Shown here piece after piece: positions 9,280 through 22,837 of a stretch of DNA of 37,814 nt (position 1 is its first letter; every line of letters starts with the position of its first letter). The position numbers were made by a program, and so were the translations under genes. Source of the DNA: Phoronis australis (lineage: Eukaryota > Animalia > Phoronida); NCBI GenBank assembly GCA_002633005.1, contig NMRA01000100.1:579106-616919 (forward strand). The letters are read 5' to 3'. The notes under the pieces are model-generated. The model saw nothing but the letters and a program-made list of their open reading frames with translations. It had not been told where the DNA came from and ran no database searches.

Positions 9280-11284
9280 CGAAATTTCAAATTGCCAATC
9301 TAAAGATTTATCTTTTTTAACAACTTGCTGTGTCAGTAAACACTAAGTCACAGGCAGTTCAACTACTCGATTTGGTGCATTCATTCTCAATGGTCGTGTG
9401 CATGTAGACGCACAACTCCCTCCAGATAAAAAATTACTGTTTTATCTTCGTTTTCTGTGGCATCTTTCTAATGCTATGTACACCTTGTTGACTCAATATT
9501 ATGTTGACTTGATGAATGACAGGGTACATACGGAACTGCTCTATGCCTCTCCCCCGGAGATTCGATTTGAGTAACAGCCCTGTTACCTTTGACCTCGGAT
9601 AAGTAACTGTTGAAAGTGGTTGTACTAAATCTTTTATCTCGCTACACCGTATATACCGGGTATTTCACATTTGAAGTTCTCTAAGAATGAAGATTTGGGT
9701 ATTTTCCTACACGTGTGAAATATTGCAAAACCGAACAATTCTTGTGAATAATTAAGGTTTCAGATATTGTTAAACCTGCATTTTGCCCTATTCAAATGGC
9801 TTAAACATGAAAAATCAAATTACTCTCAAGAAATCGGTCTCTTAATATTACTTACCGTGATGAGATTCCATCTCTGTCACCAACTCAAGTTACAAATAAT
9901 GCGTACTATGCATTATTTTTGATATAATTGTATGGTTGGGTAAACCCCTTTAAACTGCGGCATTTTCTTGATTCGCCAATGGTTACAATGCTGTTGTTGG
10001 TAAAAGCAATGGAATCCTTAACGGTAAGGACTTTCACAAGACTGAGTGCATGAGAGTAAAAGGCCTAATTGGATTTTCGTTTTCAGGGCAAAATGCAGAT
10101 TTGACTTCTATGCTGTGCTTTTACAGATAACTTTTTCAAGTGAAGGCCAATGTTGTGATCTGTGCCTAATCCATTTGTCACGGTAATGAGCTGGATACAA
10201 TAGCTTTCTGTGCAACTCTATGGAATTCTGTACATTATCATGCTTCTTCAGATGTTTCCATGGGTTAAGAAAACTCGCCTTTTATGACATCTACTGGATA
10301 CTGATGTAAAACAATTTTGCTAGATGTGTACTTATAAATCAGAATTGCAATCCACGAAATGTTAGTGATGAGCAAAGGGACTGATGTTATATTAAATACT
10401 TTATCTAGCTATTGATGGTGTTGTTAGGTAACTGATTTCATTCAGTAAAATAACCATTTGTTACCATGACGGCAATTAGGTATCACGGTTACCACTCAAT
10501 ATGCAGATTGATGACTGTTCAGTTGCATTTCTAGAAAGTACTGAAGCAAATTCTACTCTTGGCCTGTGCCTGTCATCACACTGCACAGATTTAAAAAGAA
10601 CTTAAGACAACCAACATGAGGAGAAAAGAACATCTACTGATTGAATTAAGGTCAAGTATAAACTGCTATTTAAGTTCCAAAAAGAGCAAGTCAGCTTTGC
10701 AATAATCCGAATCCAACAAAAGAAGCATTTGATGTGTTCTTATCAGACCTTAACGCTGTTGCGGAAAATTTGAAACCCCAACTGTATTTAAATCTTCAGT
10801 ACTTGCAGGCTTGTACCGAAATGATTGACATACAAACTGAACATCATTTTGACATAAGATGCTGTGTAAGTTGCCCAGATTGTATTTTATGCGATTAATC
10901 TTTTGGTATTTGTGTTGCATCACTAGAATTAATAGCTAGTTGACATGCTGGCTTATGCTAGTGTTTGCACTTGTAATGTGAAGGGTCGTAACGGCCAGTT
11001 TTGCTTGCACTTTGCTGAAGTTTTTAGTTAACCCAAAACTACTGCCGTTTTCACTAGCAGTTTTGTAGCCAGGCCGCTTACTTCAAGGGAAACACATGCA
11101 CAAGGGTGAGAGACCTATTGTTCCAATGTCACATCATTCAAGAGAGTGAACATGCTTTGGCATCGATGGTGGCTAGGGTGGTGAAGAAAAAAGTAACTGC
11201 TGGTAAAATATACCCATTCGCAGACAGCTTGTCAGTCTGGCTAAAATGCTACCGTTTTCACCACTCCTGTGAATCAAAAGTCTT

Positions 11285-11501
11285 GGGTAATCTCTGACAT
11301 TGGTTCTCTCCTTCTTCATATTCCTTGATGCAATTTTTCGAGTAATCTCTGACATTGGTTCTCTCCTTCATATTCCTTGATGCAATTTTTCGGGTAATCT
11401 CTGACATTGGTTCTCTCCTTCTTCATATTCCTTGATGCAATTTTTTGGGTAATCTCTGACATTGGTTCCCTCCTTCTTCATATTCCTTGATGCAATTTTT
11501 C
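11285..11501. repeat. Minisatellite, 4 x 55 bp
   Basis: Unit GGGTAATCTCTGACATTGGTTCTCTCCTTCTTCATATTCCTTGATGCAATTTTTC; copy 2 lacks 3 bp; no spacers. Confidence 0.95.
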
Positions 11502-14323
11502 ACTGGCTTTTCAACTTGCAGTGCAAATTACTGCATCTTATGAAAACACAAACCCTGTATTAAACACTGGTACCCATGCTTTTGAGCAAACAGGTATTAG
11601 CAAATTCACAACTGTTCACATTACACATTCAAAACACAGTGTGTGAGACTTTTACACAATTTTGTAGTTTTCCTTGGGTTATTAAATGGAAGTTAGCCTA
11701 TTTGTATCTCTGGTGGAAACACTATATTTTAGTAAGTAATGATTTAAAATCATGGCCATGTTGTAGCACAGAGCTCTGGTATGGGGTGAAGAAGATGTTT
11801 TCATTAATTCAAAACACGTTAAGACTGGTAAAAAGGAAGAATTTCAGTCAAATGTGATAAGTTGATTTTTCCATGTTAATTAAAAATCTTTGAGAGAAAA
11901 CCTAATTTATGGTAATTCATCACTTATTTAGCACACAATATGGCTGATAAGCGAAATTCTATTTTGTCGAATTTCTTTACACAAGAAAAGATTAAGAACA
12001 TTTTTAATCTATTACCAGCATCAGGTTTTAGTGTGTAGATGTGATAAAGAGACATTTGATAAAGTTTCCATTGTTTGCAGCTTAAGGTAATCAACCTTTC
12101 AAACTATTTTAGCAATTATCTATTTTTGTACAAAATAAGTTGAGGATTACCATATAGCTTTCCTAAAGCCGTTTGCAGCAGAACTTTAAAAACTTTATAT
12201 TAGCAAGTTGTCATTCCCAATTCTTACTCTATTTGACACAGTTAAGTTTTAGATGCAGTAGATATCTTTGATTATTTTGAAAACTAGATTAGCCGCTGCA
12301 TATTTGATTTATTTCAGCTAGAAGCTGGTAATTTTGACTAGACTAATGTGGACAAAAACACATTTTTAGTAGAAGACACAGTTATTACTTTATGTCAGTT
12401 GTTGTGCAATGAAGGTTTGACTAGGCAAAAGATTGTATCTGTTCGCATGTGAACATCCGACACAAAAATCGACATCCGCTTGTTGCAGACAAATGAAATG
12501 TAGCTTCTTTCATTCACAAACATTGCCTGATGTTGGAGTTCTTTCTTTTTGTGAAATATTTGAATATCCCAGTTTACAGCAGGGGTTGTTCTGACAGCAC
12601 CATGTGTTGACTGCAAAATATCTTTAAAAGTCAGTTGCTGTGAATTCCCATTGCTTATACTTTTGAAGACCTGTAGGTGGTGCTGAATATTTGTTCACTA
12701 ATTGCACTGGTTGCCTTGCTGCTATATTGGAATATACATGTAGCTATTACCTTAACACTGTCCTGTCTGCATGTAATCTGTACAGTTTTTCCTGGCATAG
12801 TAAATTGCATGCAGTCACAAACGCCATGGCTTGTGAAATCAAAAGGTTGTGATATTGCATGAGATGTAGGTGTAATTTAAATCTACCCAGAACATGTGAG
12901 TGTGGTTGACTCCGTTGTTTATTTTCACTGGTGGCTATTTATCTAGTAAGTGTTGGCTTATTTTGATAGACAGGTTCTTGTTTTCATACTACTAATGGCT
13001 TAAATCCTGATGCCTAGGTGTGAAATTATGTAATAAAGGTTGGTGCGAAAACTAATTTAGATGAAATATGTTGGGGTAGAAAGTAATATTACCAAGACTT
13101 TCAGTTGCTTGTGGATATAGTTTGACCCATTTGTGTCATACATGTATTATCTTGTGAAGTTGGCGTCAATCCTGGATTTACAGTCAAAACAGCTTGCACC
13201 ACCCCCAGATATTCATTATCTTTGCTTCTTCATTTTTAAGGAACATGAGGCATAGACCTCATAAAGGAAGCATCAAATTATTATGTGGCCGGGTGAATTT
13301 GTAGTTCTTTACAAATATCTTGTTAAGTGTCATTACTCCTGGTGATAGTGACAAATCTGCCGTAGTCCATTGTCAAGCCTTCAGAAAAATTGCAATATAA
13401 CTTAGAAAAGAAATATCAAGCTGTTATGGGAAAGGGTGAACTTGCAGTTCGTTTTAAATATCTTTTATTTAGTGACAACTCCAGACTGACAGCGCCAGTT
13501 TCCAAATCTAGATATCAATCTGATTCATCATTGTTAAGCATTCCTACCAGTCATTTGTCCAGCATCAGGACATCAAGCCAATTTATTATCTGCTGTGCTT
13601 CGAAGAGATATTTTAGCCAGTGTTTTGTTTTTGTTTCTAATGCAATAATTGCTTTGGTCAACACAAAATGAGCTTAGATCTGTGTTGCTGGTATGTAGTT
13701 GATAGCCGTTTGAGTTTCATGATATGTTTGCACAATTAAATTCATGGTAGGACTCTAATAAGTGTTGTGCACAAGTCTGTATCAAAAAGGTCTAGCAGTT
13801 GCAATGCGGTTCTTCTCTTTTTCTTCTGTTTTTAATTAACCAATATCTTTTTTAGTTTTTATAACTGGCGGGGAAAGATTATGTTGCCATAAAGCCCTTT
13901 CACAATAACTACCGTAAACTCTGGTGTAAGTGGAACGTATTTGTAAACTGCAAACTTAGTTGAACCATTGTACCAGCATCTGTAGTTTTAAACAGCATTG
14001 AAGTGAACAGTAGGTGACGCTGTCATTGAAGTAATTGCAAGATAGCACTGATGCATAAGGTGCTGTTCGAGGTAGATTGAGAATTGGCAGATTGTTTGTT
14101 GCGTGCACACTAAGATTTTTTATTATAACAGTTTGAGGACATTTATAATATTTTGATATAAAACTTAATTCTAATTCGACTAGTGGTTATTTAATCAAAA
14201 CATTACCAATTATTAGGGATAACAATGCACTTTAATTGTTGATGATAACAGTGGCCCTTAGCAATAACTCATAAAACCGAAGTTGGCTGTTCATACCGCA
14301 CTGCAGCATTGACGCTATGTTGT

Positions 14324-15636
14324 CATGCTATGAACATTCCCACTAAATAAAATTGGTTCTAATCCCGGTGTTTAAGGTAAACGGCGGGGTATGGAAAATT
14401 GAACTAGACCGTATTTATCCACCTTGGCTGAGACGCGCTCGGCTCATGCTCAAAGGGATGCCGCCAAGCTGCTCTATTCATCGAGTCACGAGCGAGGATA
14501 ATTGACTTCGCTCATGCGGATATGATCAGCTGATTACAGTCTAGCCTAACAACTGTACTTTTTATGGAGAGAATTTTACGTAGTTTTTACTGTAATATTT
14601 GAAAAGAGGAGCGAAAACAAATANNNNNNNNNNNNNNNNNNNNNNNNNNNNNNNNNNNNNNNNNNNNNNNNNNNNNNNNNNNNNNNNNNNNNNNNNNNNN
14701 NNNNNNNNNNNNNNNNNNNNNNNNNNNNNNNNNNNNNNNNNNNNNNNNNNNNNNNNNNNNNNNNNNNNNNNNNNNNNNNNNNNNNNNNNNNNNNNNNNNN
14801 NNNNNNNNNNNNNNNNNNNNNNNNNNNNNNNNNNNNNNNNNNNNNNNNNNNNNNNNNNNNNNNNNNNNNNNNNNNNNNNNNNNNNNNNNNNNNNNNNNNN
14901 NNNNNNNNNNNNNNNNNNNNNNNNNNNNNNNNNNNNNNNNNNNNNNNNNNNNNNNNNNNNNNNNNNNNNNNNNNNNNNNNNNNNNNNNNNNNNNNNNNNN
15001 NNNNNNNNNNNNNNNNNNNNNNNNNNNNNNNNNNNNNNNNNNNNNNNNNNNNNNNNNNNNNNNNNNNNNNNNNNNNNNNNNNNNNNNNNNNNNNNNNNNN
15101 NNNNNNNNNNNNNNNNNNNNNNNNNNNNNNNNNNNNNNNNNNNNNNNNNNNNNNNNNNNNNNNNNNNNNNNNNNNNNNNNNNNNNNNNNNNNNNNNNNNN
15201 NNNNNNNNNNNNNNNNNNNNNNNNNNNNNNNNNNNNNNNNNNNNNNNNNNNNNNNNNNNNNNNNNNNNNNNNNNNNNNNNNNNNNNNNNNNNNNNNNNNN
15301 NNNNNNNNNNNNNNNNNNNNNNNNNNNNNNNNNNNNNNNNNNNNNNNNNNNNNNNNNNNNNNNNGCGTTTGTTTGAGCCAATACAGTATACAGCTTTCCA
15401 CCAAGGCTAGGTGATGCAAGACATTATTACTTGTTCTTTGTTGCATTATAGTAACTGGTCTTGGCTAATTATCATTTTATGGCCTGGTCATCCATTCAGC
15501 CCAAAGTAGTTCCAGAGGTGGCTTATCAGCCAATTATTCACGCATGCTGACTCACAATAGAAGCCTGATAAGAGTGAAGGTGGATAAATGTGGTGTTCTT
15601 ACAGTTTCTTGTTTTAGTGGATGTGTTCACGACATG
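14324..15636 (+). mobile_element. Unclassified CATG-ended TIR element, copy 1 (interior lost in the N gap)
   Basis: 14324-14623 matches 20811-21108 and 15364-15636 matches 22291-22554. Imperfect TIR of about 27 bp. Confidence 0.8.
14624..15363. other. Assembly gap (740 N)
   Basis: Run of N. Confidence 1.
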
Positions 15637-16028
15637 TTAAATCCACCTGTTTACTGTGAAATTAACAGGACTGAAGTCAACCATTTATACTGAATGCAAC
15701 TCCCCAAAACATGAACACGTCGACTAGAGAGGGCCTCAAAACTTGCACTGGTTATCACTGACACCCATCTCTGTTCCCAAATCCCCTAACAAAAGAATCT
15801 AGTCATATAAGTCCAGGGCCTGTGGTAAGTGTCTTGTAATTGCAACATTCATGTTAGTTGCTAGTTGGGAAATGTGATGTAGCGCCTAATGTTATGCTAG
15901 TGACTGTGTTGTTTGAATGGCAGTGTAACAGGCTAAGGTTCTAATGTCTACCTTTTGCCACAAGTCACTGGTAATTCTGGTGCCTGCCATTTATGACAAA
16001 CTTTGAACACACTTGGAATTGTATTTAA

Positions 16029-17440
16029 GGATATTTCCAACCTTATTCACAGAAATTGGCCATTTTTACAAAATTTCACTTGTGTCTAGCAAAATACCTT
16101 ATCTTCATTCTCGGGAACTTCAAATACAAAATATATATTGCGTAGCGAGAAAAAAAAAGATTTAGCAGAACCACGTTGGAACCGCACAACCGCGTGGATA
16201 TTTGTTTAGCACTTATCCAAGGTCAAAGGTTAAAGGGCTTGCAAGGAAGTCGAGTCTCCCACCAGGTACGGAACAGCTTCGGTATATCCTCAGTCCTTTC
16301 ATTCACAAATTCGCCATAACATTGAACCAACGAGGTGTGGTTATGATAGAATGGTCCCGGGGAAAACGAATACAAAACGTAGTTTTTATCCTAAGGGTTT
16401 TGTGGGTCTACATGCATACGACCGTTGACGTTGAAAACAAATGCTACGAGTTGCCTCGGGCCTCAGTCTGGTCATGAACACAGAAAGCTGTGAAAAGAGA
16501 TAAATCCTCCCCCTTATTCCTTAATTCAATTGTTAAGTTAACATTTCGATGTTTCGATTTCATGTTAACGACTTACTTTTCACTTTTTTTGTTATCCATT
16601 TCTTACTTGGTTTGGTATCAGTCTCCCAGCACGTGACGTGTACAGGCTATGAACTGTGACCTACTTTTCTAAGTAGGTCGTACAAAACGGCAAAAGTTGG
16701 CAGCGAAAGATAGGTCTATTTGAGGTTTTAATGATATTTAAGTTAGTTACACACTGCAAAATTAGTTGACATTGCAAGAAAACATTGAAATAGGTGACAT
16801 AGTTAAGGATTCTATAGGTTATGTATACTGAAAACAAGTTTTCACAGAATAATTAACCAAAGACTTAGAGATTTTCACGTGTCCCAGTTTAATCGGCTTT
16901 TTCTCGGCTTTGGCAAATCGACTTTATTTGAACTTAGGAACACGAGTTCTCGAAAATGGCTCGATGGATTTCGGTGAAACTTTCCAAACTTACATTTAGT
17001 CACCAATCTCAAAAACGCTGTTAGGATTTTTGATATAAAAGCTTAGTTCTTGTGTAATGTGACAAAGACGAATACGACTTCAATTTTTTACAAAAATACC
17101 TTACGTTTTGCGAGTTGATTTGTCATAGAAACAAAACGAACAAACTCATCGAAAATTCCTAACAGCGTTTTTGAGGTAATTGATGAAGTTCATTTAAAAA
17201 AGGTTTCGTTAAATCGACCGAGGGGTTATTTGGCTATGAATGTACCTTTCTTAAAAATGAAATTTTTACTTAAAAAAGCTTTTTACGTAAAAATAATAAT
17301 AACAAATAAATACAAAAAGTATATTTATATTTCCTGGTCTTTGTTCTTTCAGAAAATGTTTACTTTTGCTAGTTGACAAAGCTTAGTTTTTTTGATATAA
17401 GTGTTAGAATGGAGGCCACTAAATAAGGTTGGACACAACC
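16029..17440 (+). mobile_element. Non-autonomous Kolobok-type element (1412 bp)
   Basis: TTAA at 16025-16028 and 17441-17444. TIRs GGATATTTCCAACCTTATT / revcomp GGTTGTGTCCAACCTTATT. Further copies lie at 6890-9769 and 32088-32640. No coding remnant recognised. Confidence 0.8.
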
Positions 17441-17828
17441 TTAACAACATCATGTGTAAAGAATAAAACATGTTATGAAAGACAGAGACTTTAGTGTTAT
17501 TTCAATGGTCTTTTTAATGTCATTGAATAATGTTCAGTATTTGCAGTTTTGCATTTTTTGCAATATTTCACCCCGATTTATCTCAATTATCCATGTATTA
17601 TGCCATCTTTGTCAAGACAGAACTTTTGACAGACTGATAAGAATAGACACTCACTTTTACGGTATGGTGCTTTGGAATCAATGTTAGTATTTTGACTGCA
17701 GGTACTAGTTTTGATGGTTTTCAGGTTTGTGTCTAGTATGTAAATGACTCATGCTCATGAATTGGATATTTGCAATCAATTTGAAGCAGTTGACTAGATA
17801 CACACAAGTGGCCTCACTGAAATATTAA

Positions 17829-19004
17829 GGATATCTTGCTCATCGTTACAATAATTTTGGTTTGCTTAGTTAAAAATCATATTACACATATTTGTCATAG
17901 GCCTGAAAATTTGAAACTTGGTACACGGAACGTTAGCACAATCCTGAAAATGTTACGTAACATTCCCCTGAACTGTTAAAACCGAGAAATTTCCAACATC
18001 ACGATCTGATCTAGAATAACCTTCCATTAAACTTGAGAAACAAGCATATTGTGTTGGCATACAATGCTGTGGTGGTAATCTGGTCAGAACTTACAGTCAC
18101 GCAAAGGAATCAGTAGTTCAAAGTTAAGTCTAATTTCTCTGAAAGTCATCCGTTTTTCTCTATTCAAAGTTTTTTTCTTGGTGATAGTACTTCATAAAAA
18201 AACACATCTTCATGACACTTGTTGAATGTCATTTGGAAATCATATTTCATGAATAGCGGTTAGAGTCAGTTGCACTGTTTACAACATAATTGCTGGATTG
18301 CATAAGCTTATCAGAAACATGAGAGGGCTAGACTATGTTAACATTCATTTGACAACTTTCTCCCCTTGCTATCACTGTCAAACTGATAACCACAGGGCTG
18401 TATCCCGACTACAGATCAATGAAATCGGGATACTTATCCTGCAGCGCGGTGCCTGACGAACTGTAAATGTTGACAGGAAGAACATGAACTATATAGGACC
18501 CTAGAAAAATTCCAAATTTGGCTAATTTCAGAACATCATATATCTGAAATGGCTGATTTTGTTCATATGAAACTTTCAGATACTATGCTTAATATAATTT
18601 GCAATATTCTGTTAGGAGTTGTTTTTGAAATTCTTCACTTTTGCATGAGGTTCTACCAGCATACAATTTTTATGATTCTCATGGAAGAGCAAAAGGTGCA
18701 GGAAATGTAAAAGAAATCATAATTTGGAAAACTGTAACGCATTTTTGATATTTCTTCGAACATTACTGTATCAAATGGATTTTGATCATGTCGATGCCTT
18801 TGTTTTGGTGTAAATTTACATTTCTTTTTTGCTATGAAAAAGACATGTTCACATGACCCAGTTAACAACAGATTGTTAAAAAGTAAACTATACAATTCCA
18901 CACTGCTTTCTACTTTCAGATTATACTTTTAGTGACTTTAAATCTATGATAGTTTTGTTTGGCTAATTACACAGACACGTAGCCAATAACATCCTCACAT
19001 AACC
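17829..19004. mobile_element. Probable old TTAA-flanked (Kolobok-like) non-autonomous element
   Basis: TTAA-GG...CC-TTAA boundaries with a weak TIR. Internal similarity to 3375-4680 and a 16-bp exact match (TTGCATGAGGTTCTAC) near 22598. Confidence 0.5.
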
Positions 19005-19394
19005 TTAAACAAAGCAACAAACCTCATGGAAACTCATAAATATTCCCTGGTAATTGTGCATGGTTATGACATAGTATATAACAGATAACTGAATTGTTTC
19101 AAACTTAAAAATCAGATTGTTTCATTTGAAACAGACATCCCATATTTACTTAGTACATGAAGTATTTAATGTATTTACTGGTATATAGCCATGTAGTGTT
19201 TGTTATTTCTTCAGCCTGAGTTTGTTATTGTGATATTCAGCTATATTTGCCAAAGTGGATTATCCATACAAATTTAATTGGAATCTTGTGAGCAGGTGTG
19301 AGGCTGAGAATAACCAAAAAAGGAAGGGCTCCTGAAGCAGTCAGTAATATGGTCGAGAACCTGCAGATTATATTATGTCGTCTTGTCTGTCATG

Positions 19395-19737
19395 CTGTGA
19401 ATAATTCGCCTGCACATACTGGCGAATTTTCAAAATGCATAAAGCAATAATTTTTGTTAAAAATATACATAGTATGGTATTCAATTTTTGAATATCGATG
19501 AACTTAAATAAGCTAAAAACATTGATTACGGAATGTAGATAAACAACTGTGCGTATACTCGGAAGATTTACAAACTAAGGCTGATCATAATTAAAAATAA
19601 CAAGTGGTTTATTCTTTTAGTATACATAATGACTAAACTACATTATGACAAAAAGAAACAACACACGGTGACCCAATTAGATGTCAATAGCTTTTAAGAC
19701 AGCGCTTAATGCCCAGTCATGTCGAATTATTTTATTC
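19395..19737. repeat. Unclassified interspersed repeat, inverted copy of about 270-640
   Basis: Reverse-complement similarity as described for 270-640. Confidence 0.7.
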
Positions 19738-19785
19738 GAGGAGTAGCATGAGGAGTAGCACAAGGAGTAGCATGAGGAGTAGCAC
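19738..19785. repeat. Tandem repeat, 4 x 12 bp (RAGGAGTAGCAY)
   Basis: Read directly. Confidence 0.95.
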
Positions 19786-20810
19786 GCTAACAGGAAAACT
19801 GTGATATTTGATAATCAGCTAGGGATGAAACGTGCTGTGAAGATAAATTATAGTTAGTTTCAAAGTCAATGGGAAAATCCAAGCCATAGGTGACGTGGGT
19901 CGGTGGGCGAGAGCTGACTTCCAAGTTTCACTGATGATCAAATTCTGCCACTCAGATTTGGCACTTCAAGCTTAAAATTAAAATCAAATGATAGCAACCC
20001 TACAGGAAACAAAACAAAATAGACTGGAGTACTAAAAATAAAATGACGAAAATAGTTATGAAACATTTAAAACCAACGATCCTTTGGGAAATGACCTTTT
20101 GTTAAGATGAACCCAAGTTTCCGTTTTCAGTTACTCTAAAATGTCTTCAAACCTGCAATTTCAACATTTCAGACTGTTAAGCTCTGGGCAATTATCAGAA
20201 AACTAATTATTTCAAGGTAATAACAACCACTACTGTTGAGAAAGTAGTGCTAGGGATTACCTTTCCATTTCATTAGCTTGAATACAAAGGGCATGCTGAA
20301 TAGGCATCATAAAAGATATCTAAGGGTAAAGGGAATCCAAGAGGTGACCAACTTGTAAGTGAGAAACTCTCCACATGTTCTGGTAAAAAGCTAAAGTTCT
20401 GTAGGTCAAGGTATTCTCATGGTCTAACGTGTACAAAAGTGTAAAATTCAAAATTGTCTTCGCATTTACTACCATAAGGAGGAATTGCCCAGTTCAGTGT
20501 CAGTTCATGAAATGACTAAGTCCGTGATTCTTCACTGTAGCACACAATGTGATAAGTAGAATATTTGTCAAATAAAAATGAAAAATTAAGTTTTTACTCT
20601 ATTATTAGCATGATATGTATGTACTGTAGGGATAACGCACTTGACAATGAAAAACGATTTATTTGTAACAAAATAGTTATCCCTTAAAAGATTGAAAAAT
20701 GACAATTAGCAGCAATAGTGAGGTTAAAGAAGCAAGGTCTATTTTTGTACCTGAGTTCCCCTGGTGCCATGATGCTAACCTGTTGCTGCAGGTTGTGAAA
20801 TCTCCTAAAG

Positions 20811-22554
20811 CATGCTATGAACATTCCCACTAAATAAGATTGGTCCTAACCCCAGTGGTTAATGTAAACGGTGGGCTATGGAAAATTGAACTAGACCGTA
20901 TTTATCCACCTTGGCTGAGTCGCACTCGGCTCACGATCAAAGGGATGCCAACAAGCTGCTCTAGTCATCGAGTCACGAGCGAGGATAATTGGCTTCGCTC
21001 ATGCGGATATGATCAGCTGATTACAATCTAGCTAGCAGACTGTACTTTTTATGGAGAGTTTTATGTAGTTTTTACTGTAATATTTGAAAAGAGGAGCGAA
21101 AACAAATATGAGTACAACTTTGAATTTTTCAAATCGGCCCAGGATAAGAGATTTTGCAACACAGCAACACTCACGATTACTTTCATTCGGCGCGCACTAA
21201 TACAAAAATATAGGACCTAAGTTATTTAGATTTTGGAACACATGCATTGCAATATTCAAAATACGTACGTTTATTATGAATCTTACAAGCTGTAAAACGA
21301 CGTTGTTAATTTCATTGTGTTCATTCATTATCATCCGTCAAATCGGCAATTTCCGAGATGTGATCTGCGGCGTGCGCGTATGTGTACAAATTACGTGATT
21401 GTTATGTTCCTGAAGTACGAAAATTAAGAAGGCTTTAGCATGCCGTTATTATTGACAGGGACACTATAAAACGAATTTGGATTTTGACTATAGTCTTGAT
21501 ACAGCGAGCTGGCTGACCACTGCGTCAGTGTCTCCGTTAGACCCAGAAATTTCACACAGCCCGGGTAGTTCACCTCGTCCCCAACATGTAGATCGAGCCT
21601 TGGACTATTAATACTACACGGCAGAGCTAACGACAGTCGGCCTGTGTACACAAAATCTGTGAGCTAACCAGCACTCACCTTGCTTGTTGCAGCCGTTTAA
21701 GTGAAAAACAATCTAGTAAACGCCATTTTCTTGCATAATCCTCCGCCTTTTGTAACAAAAAAGTCTGTCGTCGATGACCCGCACACGCACGCTCACTACT
21801 CTCATATGCAGACGAACTTCAAAACAAACGTCACATGACAACAACGTGTGTTCATCCAGTGATTTTCCTCGTGTTGTGGGGTACGATGTAGCGCAGATTT
21901 GGACTTAATCGCAATTAATCTGGACTCGACATGAACTTTAAAAATTGTAAAACATAAGGAAGATTTCAGATAATTTGTTGAGTCGAAACTATATTTTTAT
22001 TCAAGAGTTCAAGTTTTCCTATTGACGATCGCGATTCAGCGACGCATCAGTCTGCAAGTTTTCGCCCTGTGATGAGCACAATTTTTTGAAAAATTATTGT
22101 AATTTAACAACGGAAGTTGATAGCAATGCACCACAATTTTGTAGAAAGGCTGTCATAGGCTACAACTACGTCACAGAGCGTAAATTTGATGAATCCTAGC
22201 TTCCGATTTTACCCGTTTGGGAAACCGGGTTTCAACTGCCGTAGGCTCTCCACAATAAGCGTCCCCTCCCTGTGAAATGAATTTTTCTAAGTGTTTGTTT
22301 GAGCCAATACAGTATACCGCTTTCCACCAAGGCTAGGTGATGCAAGACATTATTCTTTGTTGCATTATAGTAACTGGTCTTGGCTAATTATCATTTTATG
22401 GTCTGGTCATCCATTCAGCCAAAAGTAGTTCCAGAGGTGGCTTATCAGCCAATTATTCACACATGCTGACTAACAATAGAAGCCTGATAAGAGTGAAGGT
22501 GGATAAATGCATGTTCCTACAGTTTCTTGTTTTAGTGGATGTGTTCACGACATG
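20811..22554 (+). mobile_element. Unclassified CATG-ended TIR element, complete copy 2 (1744 bp)
   Basis: Left end CATGCTATGAACATTCCCACTAAATAA vs right-end revcomp CATGTCGTGAACACATCCACTAAAACAA. Subterminal inverted ATTTATCCACCTT / AAGGTGGATAAAT. CpG-rich interior. Confidence 0.8.
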
Positions 22555-22837
22555 GTTTGTAACACATGCTGGTTTTCTGCTGCCTGTGGTATAGACCTTG
22601 CATGAGGTTCTACAAGATGGCAATTTTGTTCCACTTTATTGCTAAGTCTGGAAACCCCAGGTGGTCCATTATTTTTGTGTGATATAATTGAAGAATTACA
22701 GTCTACTAAATTAGTGCCATCCATACTAATCCAACAAGTGAAGTCTACCCCCCCCCCCCNTCATTAATACCTAATAGCCTGGAAATAATTTGTTCACATT
22801 TTCTCAATAAGTAACAATTATGAGCATATTCAGATAA

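Larger units (their letters stand above)
6890..9769 (-). mobile_element. Non-autonomous Kolobok-type element, inverted relative to the copy at 16029-17440
   Basis: TTAA at 6886-6889 and 9770-9773. The start GGTTTTCTCAAACCTCATTTAGTGGTCTCCATTCTAAC matches the revcomp of 17403-17440, and 9660-9769 matches the revcomp of 16029-16130. Its length is inflated by a nested insertion and an assembly duplication. Confidence 0.75.

Noticed and set aside
11285-11501. CRISPR-like array
   Set aside because: Contiguous repeats with no unique spacers, no cas genes, and a eukaryotic context.
14562-15446. The three longest ORFs (264-294 aa)
   Set aside because: They consist almost entirely of N-gap codons.
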